The position numbers and the translations under genes are program-made. Below are positions 15,240-27,745 of a DNA stretch of 64,000 nucleotides, in pieces. The notes under the pieces are model-generated. The model saw only the letters and a list, made by a program, of their open reading frames with translations. It was not told the origin of the DNA and did not search any database. Origin of the DNA: the human T2T-CHM13v2.0 reference genome, Homo sapiens; the NCBI RefSeq assembly GCF_009914755.1, contig NC_060939.1. One strand, given 5' to 3'. The stretch's first letter is position 1. Each line of letters opens with the position of its first letter.

Positions 15240-18200
15240 CTGCTTCTGGAAGCTTTGTTCTTTAATGAGCCATGGGGTGATTTGTTCATCAAGCTGCTTT
15301 TGTGTAGCCATACAGTGCATATTTTGAGTGACACAAACTGCACTTTATACAGATGGTATCTTGTTACCCCTCAACCCCCCAGCAAAGAAAAAAAAACAAA
15401 AAGGAAATTACAAAGTGCCTATTGATTGCATCCGGAATGTAATCAGTTCCGTGGGTGAGATAAATCATTCTTCTTATAGAATTATTCTATTAAACAGTAA
15501 AATGTTATATTTCACAGGATATGTCCTTTTATAATACAGTTTTTAAAAAAAATTTACACTCAGCATACTTATAAATTACTTAAAATCCATTAAAATAATA
15601 TAATACGAATCTGTAGTCCACACCTTTCCCATAGTAAATACAAATACTTGGTTCAAAAGGTGCAACTTTTATATGACCTCAGAGGGCTGATAAATAGGCA
15701 TTAAGAATGGATGACTAGCAAGGTGACAGGCCCATTGTTGGGGCTTTTTTGAAAATAGTTTCAACCAGGGGACCAACATGAGACCTAATAGATCCATCTC
15801 CACAATCATCATTTTGCTGTTACCCTTTCAATACCCAATCAAATGTGGGAGTCATTCCAGAGAAAAGTGGTTAAAAGTAGTCTAGGGCATAGAAAAAGAG
15901 GACTCTCACAGATACCAAGGAGTTTTACTACCAAGGCCAGCATGGTATTGCAGGACAGTGCTGGGGAGTTGTCACAAGAGTATGGGTGGACATAACACAT
16001 TTGTCCATACAGAATGATGCATGCCCCGCATCCAGCTTCCCACCAAGAAGAAAAAAGAGAGGAGGATGAGGAAAGCCATGGAGTGAGTATGTATGTTTCT
16101 TTTTAAAATGAAAACTCTCTTAGCTTTGAACACATCCTGAGAATCCTTTCTTCTTTCTAGTTTACCAAAGTGCTTGTTACAGTGAAAAACACAGCCCACA
16201 GGCACTGAGGTGGGACTACAGAACCTTGCTGGACCACATCTTTTCAGCACATTTCTGTGACCCTCTGTTTTTGATGGAGAAAACAACGCTACTGTTATGA
16301 AACACAGAATGGAGTCTTCATTAATCTTCCAGCAGGGTAAGTGCTCTGGCAGGTTTCCAAAGCATGAGAAGGTGGGGGCTCTAGTATTCCATCCCAGGAC
16401 CTCTGGCCCTTTTGTCTCTCTCTGCAAGGCTCATAGTTGGAGGGCTGTATCTCCCTTTGTGTTTTCAGAAGCCCAGAGTGGCAAAATAATTTAAATGGCA
16501 GGAGGTACAAAGTACGTTGTAAACTAAGCCTCCCTGAATCCTGCTGTATTTGCTGTTGATTTGCTTCAATTTGTGATACAGAATGAAATCACACTTCTCT
16601 GCTTTTGTTACATTTTCCATAATAAGTACATACTAAATTACAGGGATACATTCACTTTAATGGGCAGAGTTGAAAATTCAGGTTTTGTTTGGGGCTGGGA
16701 ATGTGTGCTGTGAGAAGAGTGCTCTGCATTTTGGAGTATGGGCTCCAAATGTGGAGCTGCCCCACTGCTGCCATGCAGAGATCAAACAAGCAAAGGAGAA
16801 GCACTATGGAACCACAAATGTGATGCATATTAAGGGCTAACAGTTTCATAAGTGATTGTAATGCGGCATCACTTTGTGGTGACATAACTTTACCATGCAG
16901 AGGGCCAGTGAGAACAGATGGATGCAGACACAGCGTTTGGTTCTGAAGGTTTTTAAGAGTTATGGCTTCATCTCTTGATCAGGCCAACAAGGCCTACTAC
17001 CCTATGTAAACAACGGCTTTCCCTCAAAGGGAGGGCCCCACACTGCTCTCCACTCTTATCATTTTGTGGCTCTCTCCTCCTCACCCACCCACCCCAATCC
17101 TGGCAGATTAAATTACTAGAAATCCACAAATCTAGCAACTGAAAAAACAAGTTTTTTTAATTGAATTTTATCCAAACTGGAGTTTCAGGTCCCTGAGAAA
17201 AATTATAAAGTCTCTTAACATCCATCACCTAGTTCCTTTAAAGTGACCTACATCAGTCGTTTTTTAACTGCCAAAAAACTTATTTTGCCAAAAAAGCCCC
17301 ACAAAGATTTAGAAGGAAGAACATGTGCCAACATATGTTCTTCTGGCCATTCCTCTGGGCCACAGGAAATTATTCCATAAGGGCAATCTCTTTTTTTCAT
17401 ACAGGATTTAACCAACATTCTGGAGCAAGTGCAGAGTAACAATTAATGCCCAGCAGTACACTACTCTCCCAAGAACACTGAAACACAGACTGTGCAACCT
17501 GGCACGGGGCTGAGGAACCAGCAATCCCACTCTAACACACCATGCTGAGGGGTTTTCCTCTATCCTCTAGGAGATTCTCTGAAATTCAGATTTTTAAAAG
17601 CTTAACATTATTTATTACTCCTCAGGACAAGATGAACAAGGTGGCAGATGTCTGTGGGATATAAAGCATAACATTTGCTCATTAACTATCATTATTCTGG
17701 AGATTTTAATGGCTTCCTTTCTCTGGCTCAATTCTGAACCCAAAGTAGGGAGAGGTAAGACTCCTGCTACCTTTAGCTGCCACTCAGAATTATGCTCCAA
17801 GTCTAACCTCTGGGGCTGGCCAATAACCACTGAGGCAGTGGCGTGAGGTTCAGTGTTGTGTAACAGGAGAGAGAGACTCTGCCTTAACAAAAGACTTAAT
17901 ATTTCCACAACTTCAAAGAAGTATGAAAAGGAAGAATACCCAAAATACAGGTTATAGATGGTAAAGGCTCTTTTTCAGAGCAGTGCATGTAGTAGCAAGA
18001 CAAGATGCATTTAGTAACTTTAAAAATAAACATTTCACATACTTATCTCAAGAAAGGCTATCATGTTTCATTTTTTATATATTATAAATAGCAAAAACAG
18101 ATTTCTAATCCCACAAATGCTAAGATACTTAAAATGCTATTATAACTCATGTGTATGAAGACCACCCAGTGGTGAAAATGATGTCTTACTAATTCCCTCA

Positions 18201-19529
18201 ACCCAGGGACGAATGGCTCTCATCCCCCTGTCCAGTGGCCCCTCATCTGTGGGAAGAAATTCCATGGGAAGGAGGGAAGCACAAGGTTAAAAAGAAATAT
18301 GCCTACTATACATACATATTTACAATAAACTTCAGTAACCAGAATATTAACAAAAATAGCTTCAAGTAGTCCTTGATTTTTTTCCATCTATTTAATACTG
18401 ATAGTCTGAGAAAAGGAAGATAAAAGTTAGTTAGTTAGATAGGTCATATTAAAAACCTTTTTATTTTTTGGCAGCTTTCTGTAACACTTACTTACTTATT
18501 CATGCAATATTGTATGTGAATGTTTTTGGAAACTAACTAAACGGTCACATTATTTGTTTGTTTGTTTGAGTCTGAGTCTGTGGTGGGAATCCACCAGCAG
18601 ATGAACAGGCTCATATGCGGTTTTCGGTTTAATCTATACAAAGAGAAAAGCCTGAATGGCTTAGGATGAAACCTTCATAAGTTTAGGGATCACCATGTCT
18701 CTGGGAAACTAAAAAATAATGTAGAAGAATCTGATCCTAGGACCAAGAAACATGAGAACAGTATGGCTACTGACACTTCAGCCCATGCAATGTATTTGGC
18801 AGGAACTAAACAGGAGTTAAACCAGCACTGATTACTATGACATCAAACATCATCAAAAAAAATAGGTATTCTCTTCTTCACTGTATAACAAGATATCTGA
18901 GACACGCTCTGATGGCTTAATGGAAACAATCACGGTTTTTTTTTGTTTTTTTTTTTTTGTTTTTTTTTTTTGTTTTTGCTTTCCCCAGAATATAACATGG
19001 AGTGTTTTTTCAGAAATCTTAAAATAGAGGGATTAGGCTTTTTGTTTGTAAGTAAGTTTTTGGAAAAAAATTATATTCTACCCTAGCTCCTAACTATCCC
19101 AAAATAAACCCAAAGGCTTTTGCTTTCACGGTTAAGAAAGATTTATACGTTTTCTTCAAATGTCAGAAATGAGAGGGTCCCTCAGGACAGCAATATCCCC
19201 CCTAGTTCAACACCCACCTTTGGGAAGGGAAAAGAGGGTGGGGGAGAGGCAACTACAACTGACCCAAATCCCCAGGCCCTAGGTGGCTTTGTATAGTAAA
19301 AATCTCAATTCAAATACAACAGCCAAGGCACAGCTGGCACCATCCCCAGCAGGCTTTCTGCTTCTGCAGGAGGCCCAGGAATTCAGCACATACAGTCTTA
19401 GCCATATGCTTAGAAAAGAGGCAGGACCACAATTAGGATTGACTATTGTGGACGAGGTGATGAAACGCAGCCCCAAAGGTGAGATTTGTTTACCACTCTG
19501 TAGCCACGGAGGGACACACATCTGCCGGT
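15240..19529 (-). other. MYO9A: MYO9A long 3' UTR with several candidate polyA signals
   Basis: Repeat-poor stretch after the stop; on - strand AATAAA at 18465-18460 and 17616-17611, ATTAAA at 15266-15261 followed by GU-rich GTGGTTTGTTTTCC. Confidence 0.7.
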
Positions 19530-19993
19530 TCAGACCATAAATTCATTATTTCCAAAGAGTGCTAGCTGTTGGTTGGAGGTGCAGTCTGGGTCCACAGTTT
19601 TTCTGCGGCCAGACATGACTGTCCCCTCTGGGGTCTCTTTGGTTTTCTGAGGTGAGTTTTTCACATTCTTTAATTTTTGTTTGCCCTTTTCCGGGTTGAA
19701 GGTTCCTCTGCTGATGAACTGAGGCTTGTCTTCCAGGAATTTGGTCTGGCCCAATGGTCCTTCCATTCCCAGGGCCTCATTACCTGAGGCAGCTCGGTAG
19801 AATGGAGATTTGGAATAAATCTGAAATAGTTTTCTGGTCCCATGAGATGATGCCGTGTTAGACAGACATAAAGAGGAGACCGAAGAGTCCACGACATCTA
19901 AAGAGTCTTGCTGCTTTTTAAGTTGCTTTCGCAACTTGCTGGAAGGTTCAGACTTGCCAGCTGTCTTCAGGGAGCTAAGGGCTAAGCTTCTTT
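19530..19993 (-). CDS. MYO9A: MYO9A last coding exon, C-terminal tail ending ...LALFGNNEFMV*
   Basis: ERSLALSSLKTAGKSEPSSKLRKQLKKQQDSLDVVDSS...; acceptor TTTTTTGCATTAG; TGA 19532-19530. Confidence 0.96.
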
Positions 19994-20549
19994 CTAATGC
20001 AAAAAAGAGACCAAAGATGTAAATGACAGTGCCCTCTAAAGCAAATCATCATATAATGAATAGATGCCACTGTTCACACATGAAATTGGGTGGGATAAGA
20101 TTCAGAGGGTCCAGGATGACTTACTATGGGCACAGTCACAGTAAGAGCTCACCATCCATTTCTCTATGTAGCATTTCCGAATCATCTCCAAGGAAATCTG
20201 GTGTTTGACTATGCCATCAGCGGAGGCCTAGAACAGTCACTATCATTTCAAAAACTGCCAGGATATGCAGGTAAGTCCTACATCTCCCTGAGACATGCCA
20301 CCCAGTTAAACACCTCCTTTGTATATGTATATAGTCCCACCTCACAGTGGGGGCACAATGCCTGCCACCCTCAGAAAATGGGTTATGGGTCAGTAAGACA
20401 ACATATATTGTGATTATTGGCTTTTCTCTGTGGTAAGTACAGGATAAAACATTAAATTACCAAAAAACAAAACAAAACAAAACAAAAAACAAAAAACTCA
20501 ATCACGTTGAAGAGTTGGTTTGATAAACAATGTATATGGAAGCTTTACA

Positions 20550-21172
20550 AAGACAACAGGAAAAAAAAGACCTTCCGTGGAAGTCAGGAATCTAAGTAGC
20601 AAAGACAATTATATTTCTTATCCCCTTATATTTCTTATCCCCATCCAGGTCACTACCTGTATGCCAAACGATGAAGGCTAAAATTATATGGATAAAAGGA
20701 CAAAATTCCTCAAGACTTTGTTATTGCTGATGTACAGTCAGTAAATTCTTAAAAGACTTTGTCTTAGTTTTGGAATCTTTATTCCTCCTTTGCAAAACAA
20801 ATCTGGAGTCTTTGGTCTACCATGTTCACTTACCTGATTTCTCAGAGATAGCATATTCAGACTCCATATTCAAATTCTCTGAGCTATCAGCAGTCCCAAT
20901 GGAGGCCTCAGACTCAAGGGTTTCATCATCAGAGGCACGGGGTTCCAGTACAAGCATCTCAAATGTTAGCTCCTCCCTGTAAGACACAATCAAGAAACCA
21001 TTAGCATTTGATAGGAAGTGGAAGGAAGATAACAGAAAAAAAGATCCTCCATGGAAGTCAGGAATCTAAGAAGCAAAGAGAGTCCATTTTTACTGTCCCC
21101 ATCCAGGTGGTGATGAGGACCTGTATGCCAAATATGGTGAAGGCTAAAACTATATGGACTAAAGGACAAAAT
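20550..21172. repeat. Diverged direct repeat of about 150 bp (20550-20706 and 21026-21172) flanking a MYO9A exon
   Basis: Shared blocks TGGAAGTCAGGAATCTAAG, TCCCCATCCAGGT, ACCTGTATGCCAAA, TGAAGGCTAAAA, AAAGGACAAAAT. Confidence 0.92.
20834..20976 (-). CDS. MYO9A: MYO9A penultimate exon (EELTFEMLVLEPRASDDETLESEASIGTADSSENLNMESEYAISEKS)
   Basis: AG and GTAAGT boundaries; 143 nt; phase matches neighbours. Confidence 0.95.
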
Positions 21173-23058
21173 GACAGATAGCCAATCTAGGACCAATAAT
21201 AGGGGTAAGGGTAGGGTGAAGAAAGATGTAGTGGTGAGATCTTTCAGTAAAATGAACTCTGGACTGATAAGCAGGAGATCAGGGCTCTAACCTTGTTCAT
21301 AATATCCATAATGCATCAGGAAAGTACCTTTCTCTTCTGGACCTCAGCTTCCTACCACAAAACAAAGAGATTAAACTAGATAACCTCTAAGATTCCTTCC
21401 AGCTCTTAAACTATTTTCCATGAAGCTTACTAACTGGCTATAGACGATACCCTCTATCTTCACCACAGAGACCTCTAGACGAAGAAAAACACTGATTGAT
21501 CTTTTCTGTCCTTTGAAGCTTATGCCATCTTCAGTTGTCGTATTCTCTAGTCTCCCTTCTTCATCACGGTCACCCAGCTACCTCTCAGTAATGCCCCACA
21601 TTCTGTGAGGTCTTTGGTACTCAGATCCTAATCTTGCTTTTTCACTAATGCCTGACATCACCTGATCTATTCAATTAATATCTTTGTAAAAACTCATCTG
21701 AATATTCTAACACTGAAGTTCCTTTATGTCTGCAACTTCTAACAATATTCTCCTCTACTTTATCTAAGCTACTTTCTCCAATGCACAGATCCTGGAGCTT
21801 GTCATTACTCTGAATCCAACACTCCACCCTGTTCACAACCTCCTTATCCTTCCAATTCTTACTCACCTTCTAATCAAGTCTCTTCCCTAACAGAGCCCCT
21901 TACCTTTACTTCCCCTTTACCTGGCTTGAGATCCATGAACAATCATTTCAAGAACAGTATCACCAGCATTACAATTGTCTGAGGCCATGTGCATTCTGAG
22001 ACTCTGCTCGTTCTTCTTTCTTTTTCTAGAGACTCTCCCCTTCCTTGAAAATTCCTATTAATCCTTCAAGACTGCCAATATCATCTGCATCAAAGCCAAA
22101 CTGGGTCTTCTTTTCAGATCACTCTTCTAGCAAATAGCCCCTGGTCAATGTACATCATCTTTGCCTTATCATGTTTTTTACAGCTGAGCCCCAGCTGCTT
22201 TTTTAGCTGGCCTATATTCCAGAATCAATCATGAGAGACCAAGAAAGTATTTTAACAGTCTTATATCCCCTTATAAACCAAACTCAAGACCTGGGATCCT
22301 GGAACTCAGGAATAAAGATCCCATTAAGACTTCCTAAGAGTCATCAATGTCGACCAGAACTATTACACAGCACCTGTAGGGAGAACCATGGCACGTTCAT
22401 ATTATCCCCAAGGCATACTGTCACCCAATCCCTGCAACAGTGATGAATGGAGGTAAAAGAGCTTCTCATTTGTCTCTCTCCTAAATTGCAACCAATTTCC
22501 CTATCTAGTATCCTAGCACCCTCTAGGGCTATAGCCTTACTATGACCATCTAGTTGCTGTTCCCATGGTCATATGGATCTTTGGCTAATAACCTTCCTTC
22601 ATGGATTTGTGAATAATGCCCATTCTTGAAAGGGACTTTGGCTTAGCCTAAGAATTCCTTCTCTTCTTTGCAAAATAAATCTGTTCATGGAGGCTGGTCT
22701 CCGACCTGTTAGGACTCCAGTACCTCATCTTGGCTCCCCACTGTTACTGCTAGATGAATCGTGACTAAGACTGACATGCCCTGTGGATACTGTGTCCTCC
22801 TCCCAGTCAGCCTCTACAGACCATCACTGTAGCAGCCTCAGGTTTCCCAGCTCATGGAACTGGCTTCCCAGAGGGAACAACTCTCACACTGTTACCTGAG
22901 TATAGACAACACGTCTTTGTCATCTCAACATCTCCTGTATCATCTGACACAGTGTTTAACACACAGGAGATAATAAATAAGAAAAAATAAAGAAACGATA
23001 GAAGGAAGGAAACAAAAACAGACTATAACTGTCTCTCCCCTTCCTCCTGGATACTCAC

Positions 23059-23261
23059 TTCTCCTTCTGTAGGTTCTCAATCTGCTCAGTCAGTACTCTC
23101 TCCTCCTGCTGCATAGCTGCTTGCTGCTGTTCTGTGATGTCAGTCTCCATGGCTGCCTCACTAGTCAAGGTCTCCTCTGAGACATCAGACACAGAAGGCA
23201 ACCGAACTACAACAGGAGACGATGGACCTGGATAGTTTCCTCGACGAATACGCCCCTTTCC
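23059..23261 (-). CDS. MYO9A: MYO9A tail exon (GKGRIRRGNYPGPSSP...QIENLQKEK), coiled coil
   Basis: Within ORF 23055..23306; TCTCTGCAG acceptor, GTGAGT donor; 203 nt. Confidence 0.96.
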
Positions 23262-23584
23262 CTGCAGAGAAAAATTCATGTTAGAAAGTAAATTGAGTGA
23301 CTGCATCAGTTTTACATTGCTCTTTTAGGATAACAAGTGTATTTCCATCACACCAGGTGAATGATAAGAATAAATGGAAACACTCTGCGAGGCCTAGGAT
23401 ATTTAGTGAGACATATTCATACAACACATTTAAGTTAAAATATTTCTTGCAGGAGTACTGGAAAACGGATACTTTGGTAGGTGGGAGTGTAAGAACCCAT
23501 TGTGTACTGAGATGAGTTTCTTCTTTTAATATAAGCTGCATCCATTCCAAACAAAATAGCCACATCTGGGTATTTATTTTTAAA

Positions 23585-23735
23585 TTAATTAAAATTGAAC
23601 TAACATTTCAGTTCTGCAGTCACACTAGCCACATTTCAAGTGCTCAATAGCCACAAGTAGCTTGTGACCCCCACACTGACTGGTACAGATCTACATTTCC
23701 TACCATCATAGTAAGTTCTGATGGATAACAGTGCT
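23585..23735. mobile_element. MER3-like hAT-Charlie element
   Basis: CAGTCACACTAGCCACATTTCAAGTGCTCAATAGCCAC. Confidence 0.75.
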
Positions 23736-24162
23736 CTATAACTGTAGCCTTGGAATGCATAATCTCTCTAGGAAGACCATAGAAGTATGTTCTAAAACTC
23801 AGTTTTGAAAAACAAAAACAAAATGTAGTCATTTATAGAACACAGGGTGCTAGTGAGATATATTTTCTTAGGAAACTTCTATCCTTGAGATCAGAGTGTG
23901 AAAATCTCATTGCTGCTTCTTCCTTTTTTTTTTTTTTTTTTTTTTTTTAAACATTGGTTACTTTATATATGACTTTCTTCTGGTAGTGGCAAACTAAACT
24001 TTTTAGGTTAATCTCCTGCTAAGAAACATAAAAACTCAACATATGCTAGAAGGCACTGAAGAGCTAACAAGATAGATTAAGGAGACACTAGTCCAGCATT
24101 TAGTGCTGATCTAAATGTCAGAAGTGGCTGTGACTCTAAACAGAGCTTTTGACATGCTACAG

Positions 24163-24375
24163 CAGAGGACGGCAAACTATAGCCCGTGTGGCAAATCTAG
24201 CCTTGCACATATTTTGTAAATACAGGTTCACTGGAATACATTTATCTCATTAATTTATTGTTTATTGCTGCTTTTGCAGAACAATGGCAGAGTTGATTGT
24301 TGAGACAGAGATTGGCCTACAAAGACTAAAATATTTATTCTCTAGTCCTTTACAGAAAAAGTCTGCCATCACCTT
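24163..24375 (+). mobile_element. MER58A-like hAT-Charlie MITE
   Basis: CAGAGGACGGCAAACTATAGCCCGTGTGGCAAATCTAGCC...CTTTACAGAAAAAGTCTGCC. Confidence 0.75.
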
Positions 24376-24945
24376 GGGATAGAGAATAAAAGTTGGAGCC
24401 AGACCCACTCAATGGTGTGGGTTGCTGCCTGGCAAAACCTCCGTGCCTGACACTGGGATCCCCAAGGTTTGTTTCTTAGACATAAGAGTAAACTGAAATT
24501 ATAAAAGTCCTTGCAGATACTGTAGTCTAGCTTCAAGTCATCTGAATGGTCCAGAAAATTCTAATCCCTAAAAATGAATTAATCTCAGATTGCTAATACT
24601 TTAGGACCAGGCAGAAAAAAATGAAAACATTCTTGGAAGAAAGTAACATTATCTAGGCCTCAAAATATTTTAAAAATAGTTTTTCAAATACTCTGACAAA
24701 TAATCAAAGGTAACAGGCACAAAAGGAGACAGGACAATGTAAATGAAAACTAGTAAAAATGACAGAAAACAGAAACCCTAAAAGACTCCAGATATTGTGG
24801 CTATCAGATTTAAAATAACCATGCTGAAGGAGACAGGAAGACATAGCTGAAGTAGTGGACTGGAAATTAGGTCAAAAGAAAAATCCTGAACCAAGCAGGA
24901 AGAAACAAAAGAATGGAAAAATTCACAAAAGAAAGTAAAAGAATG

Positions 24946-25204
24946 GCTGGGCACCGTGGCTCATGCCTGTAATCCCAGCACTTCGGGAGGCTGAGGCAGG
25001 CAGATCACCTGAGGTCAGGAGTTCAAGACCAGCCTGGCCAATATGAAGAAACCCCATTTCCACTGAAAATACAAAAATTAGCTCGGTGTGGTGGCATGCG
25101 CCTGTAGTCCCAGTACTCAGGATGCTGAGGTAAGAGCATTGCTTGAACTCGAGAGGCAGAGGTTGCAGTGAGCCAAGATTACGCCACTGCACTCCAGCCT
25201 GGGC
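24946..25204 (+). mobile_element. AluS lacking 3' tail, inside L1
   Basis: Alu body ending at CCAGCCTGGGCAA. Confidence 0.9.
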
Positions 25205-27440
25205 AAATATCAGGACAAGAGAGAGATCCTATAGAATAAATATTGAAGAGATCATGGCAGAGAATTTTTTAAAAGCAGTTAAAGATATTAACCTAGGAAT
25301 TTAAGAAAGCCTACAACCCCTAAGAAAGAAATAAAAAGAAGTCTATACCTAGACAAACTACTGTTAAAAACTAAAGGCCTAAGGCAAAAAAAAGACTTAA
25401 AAGCGTTACAAAAAGCAAATTCCTTGCAAAAAAGGAATAACTATTAGATTCAAAGTTTATTTCTCAACAGAAATAATGGAATGCAGAAAACAATGGAATA
25501 TTTTCATGGTGATGAAAAAGTAACTGCCAAGCTTGATTGTTATATACAGAAAATAATTTTCAGGAATGAAGGTGAAATAAAGACATTTCAGACAGACTAA
25601 GAGGAGAATCTCACACCAGCAGACCTGCACTAAAGGAAATATTGAAGGAAAGATTGAAAATGTCTCGAAGAAAAGTTAGAGGTGTGAGAAATAATGAAAG
25701 GCAATGAAACGTGAGTATGTTTAAATAGTGACTGCATAAAACATAATAGCGATGTGTTGAATTTAAAACATACAGATAATTAAGATACACAACAACAAGA
25801 GGAACAAAATCATATCACAGTAAGGCATATTAAAACACCTGTATTATCTGGGAAAAAGATAAAACTACTAGTTAGCAAATACTGATAGATCACAGATCTG
25901 TTTTCACCATTTGGTTAATGACTAAAATAATAGTAAAAGAGTAAAACTTCCAAACAAAAGAAAAAATGGAATAAAAAAGTAGTAAAAAAATGCAAGAAAG
26001 AGCAAAAAAGGCAAGGAAGAAAAGAAAAAGGAACATATATCAGGCAGGACAAATAAAAAGCACATAAAAAACAGTAGATTTTAAGCCCAAATATATTGGT
26101 GAGTATATTAAATATAAATAGATGAAATGCTCCTATTAAAATTTGAAGATTGTTGGGCCATATAAAAAAAAAGAAAACCTATCTATATGATGTTTATAAG
26201 AGACATGTGAATTCAGAAAGGCTGAGAGTAAAGAAATGGGAAAAAAAAGACATACCATGCAAATACCAAAATAAAGCTAGTACAGCTATATTAACTGTAA
26301 ACAAAGTAAACTTTAAGAAGTATTACCTGTGATAAAGAGGGATACCTCACAATGACAAAGGTTCATATTATGAAGAATAACATTTCCAAATATGTATGTA
26401 CCTAAGAAATTGCTTCAAAAAATTTAAAGTAAAATATTGACAAAACTATTTTTAAAAAATAGACTATAATCAGTACTGAGAGAACAAGTATGCACACGCA
26501 ATCAGAAATGATGTAAAACTGAACTTGATATAAGCAATCTAACAGACATATACAGACTTCAGTATCTAACTAGAGAATACTCATTTTAAAGCGCACACAG
26601 CAAGACAACAAAATTCCAAGGGTTGAAATAATTTATCTGACCGTTAAAGTAATTTAAAACAAGTTTTCTAATAATGTAGTTACAAAGAGAAAATTAAAAA
26701 TTCTTGTATACTCAGAAATTAAGAAATAGACTTTAAAACAAACCATGGTCAAAGAGGAAATCACAATGGAAATTAGAAAATATTTTGAATGAAACAATAT
26801 AAAAACCCATGTAAGCTCTGTCTACTTTAAAGTTACAGCCTTAAATACATACATTAGAAAAGAATTAATTAATTAAAGAATTAATTAATTAAGGATGTAA
26901 GACTCTATTTCAGGAAACTAAAGAACAACATAATAAATTCCCCCTGCAACAAAAGCAATAAAGAAAAGAGCAAACAAACATTAGAATAAAGACAATCAAA
27001 GCCAAATGTAGCTCTTTGAAGAGGCTAATAAAATTTTTAAAACCCTAGCAAGACTAAAAGAAGTCACAAATAACCAAAGGTTGTAATGAAAAAGGGGATA
27101 TCACTACAAATCCTGTAGACCCAAAGAGGATAAGAGACTACTAAAAACAACTTCATGTCAATAAATATAAAATTTTAGACAAAGTGGAGAAATTTCTATG
27201 AAAATCTAATTAATACCATCAATGAAGAAATTAGGAATGTGAATAATATTAAAGAAATTGAATCCAGAGTCAAAATCTTTCCAAAAACAAAACTCTAGGC
27301 CTAGATTTCAGTGGCAAAGAAGAAGAAATAACAAATTCTTCCACAGAATTAAAAAAGAAACTATTCCCTAACTTGTCTTTAGAGGCAGGCGTTAAGTTTG
27401 ATAACAAAACACAACAAATACATTAAAAAGAAGGATTATT

Positions 27441-27745
27441 GCCAGGTGCAGTAGTGCATGCCCACAATCCCAGAACTTTGGGAGGCTGAGGCAGGTGGAT
27501 CGCTTGAGCTCAGGAGTTTGAGACCAGCCTTGGCAACATGGCAAAACCCCTTCTCTAAAAAAAAAAAAATACAAAAATTAGCCAGGTGTGGTGGCACGTG
27601 CCTGTAGTTCCACCTACATGAAGCACTGAGGCGGGAGCCCAGGAGGTTGAGGCTGCAGTGAGCCAAGATCATGCCACTGCACTGCAGCCTGGGTGATAAC
27701 AGTGAGAGCCTGTCTCAAAACAAACAAACAAACAAAAACAAAAAA
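27441..27745 (+). mobile_element. AluJ
   Basis: GAGGCTGCAGTGAG, GCTTGAGCTCAGGAG; TSD AAGGATTATT. Confidence 0.9.
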
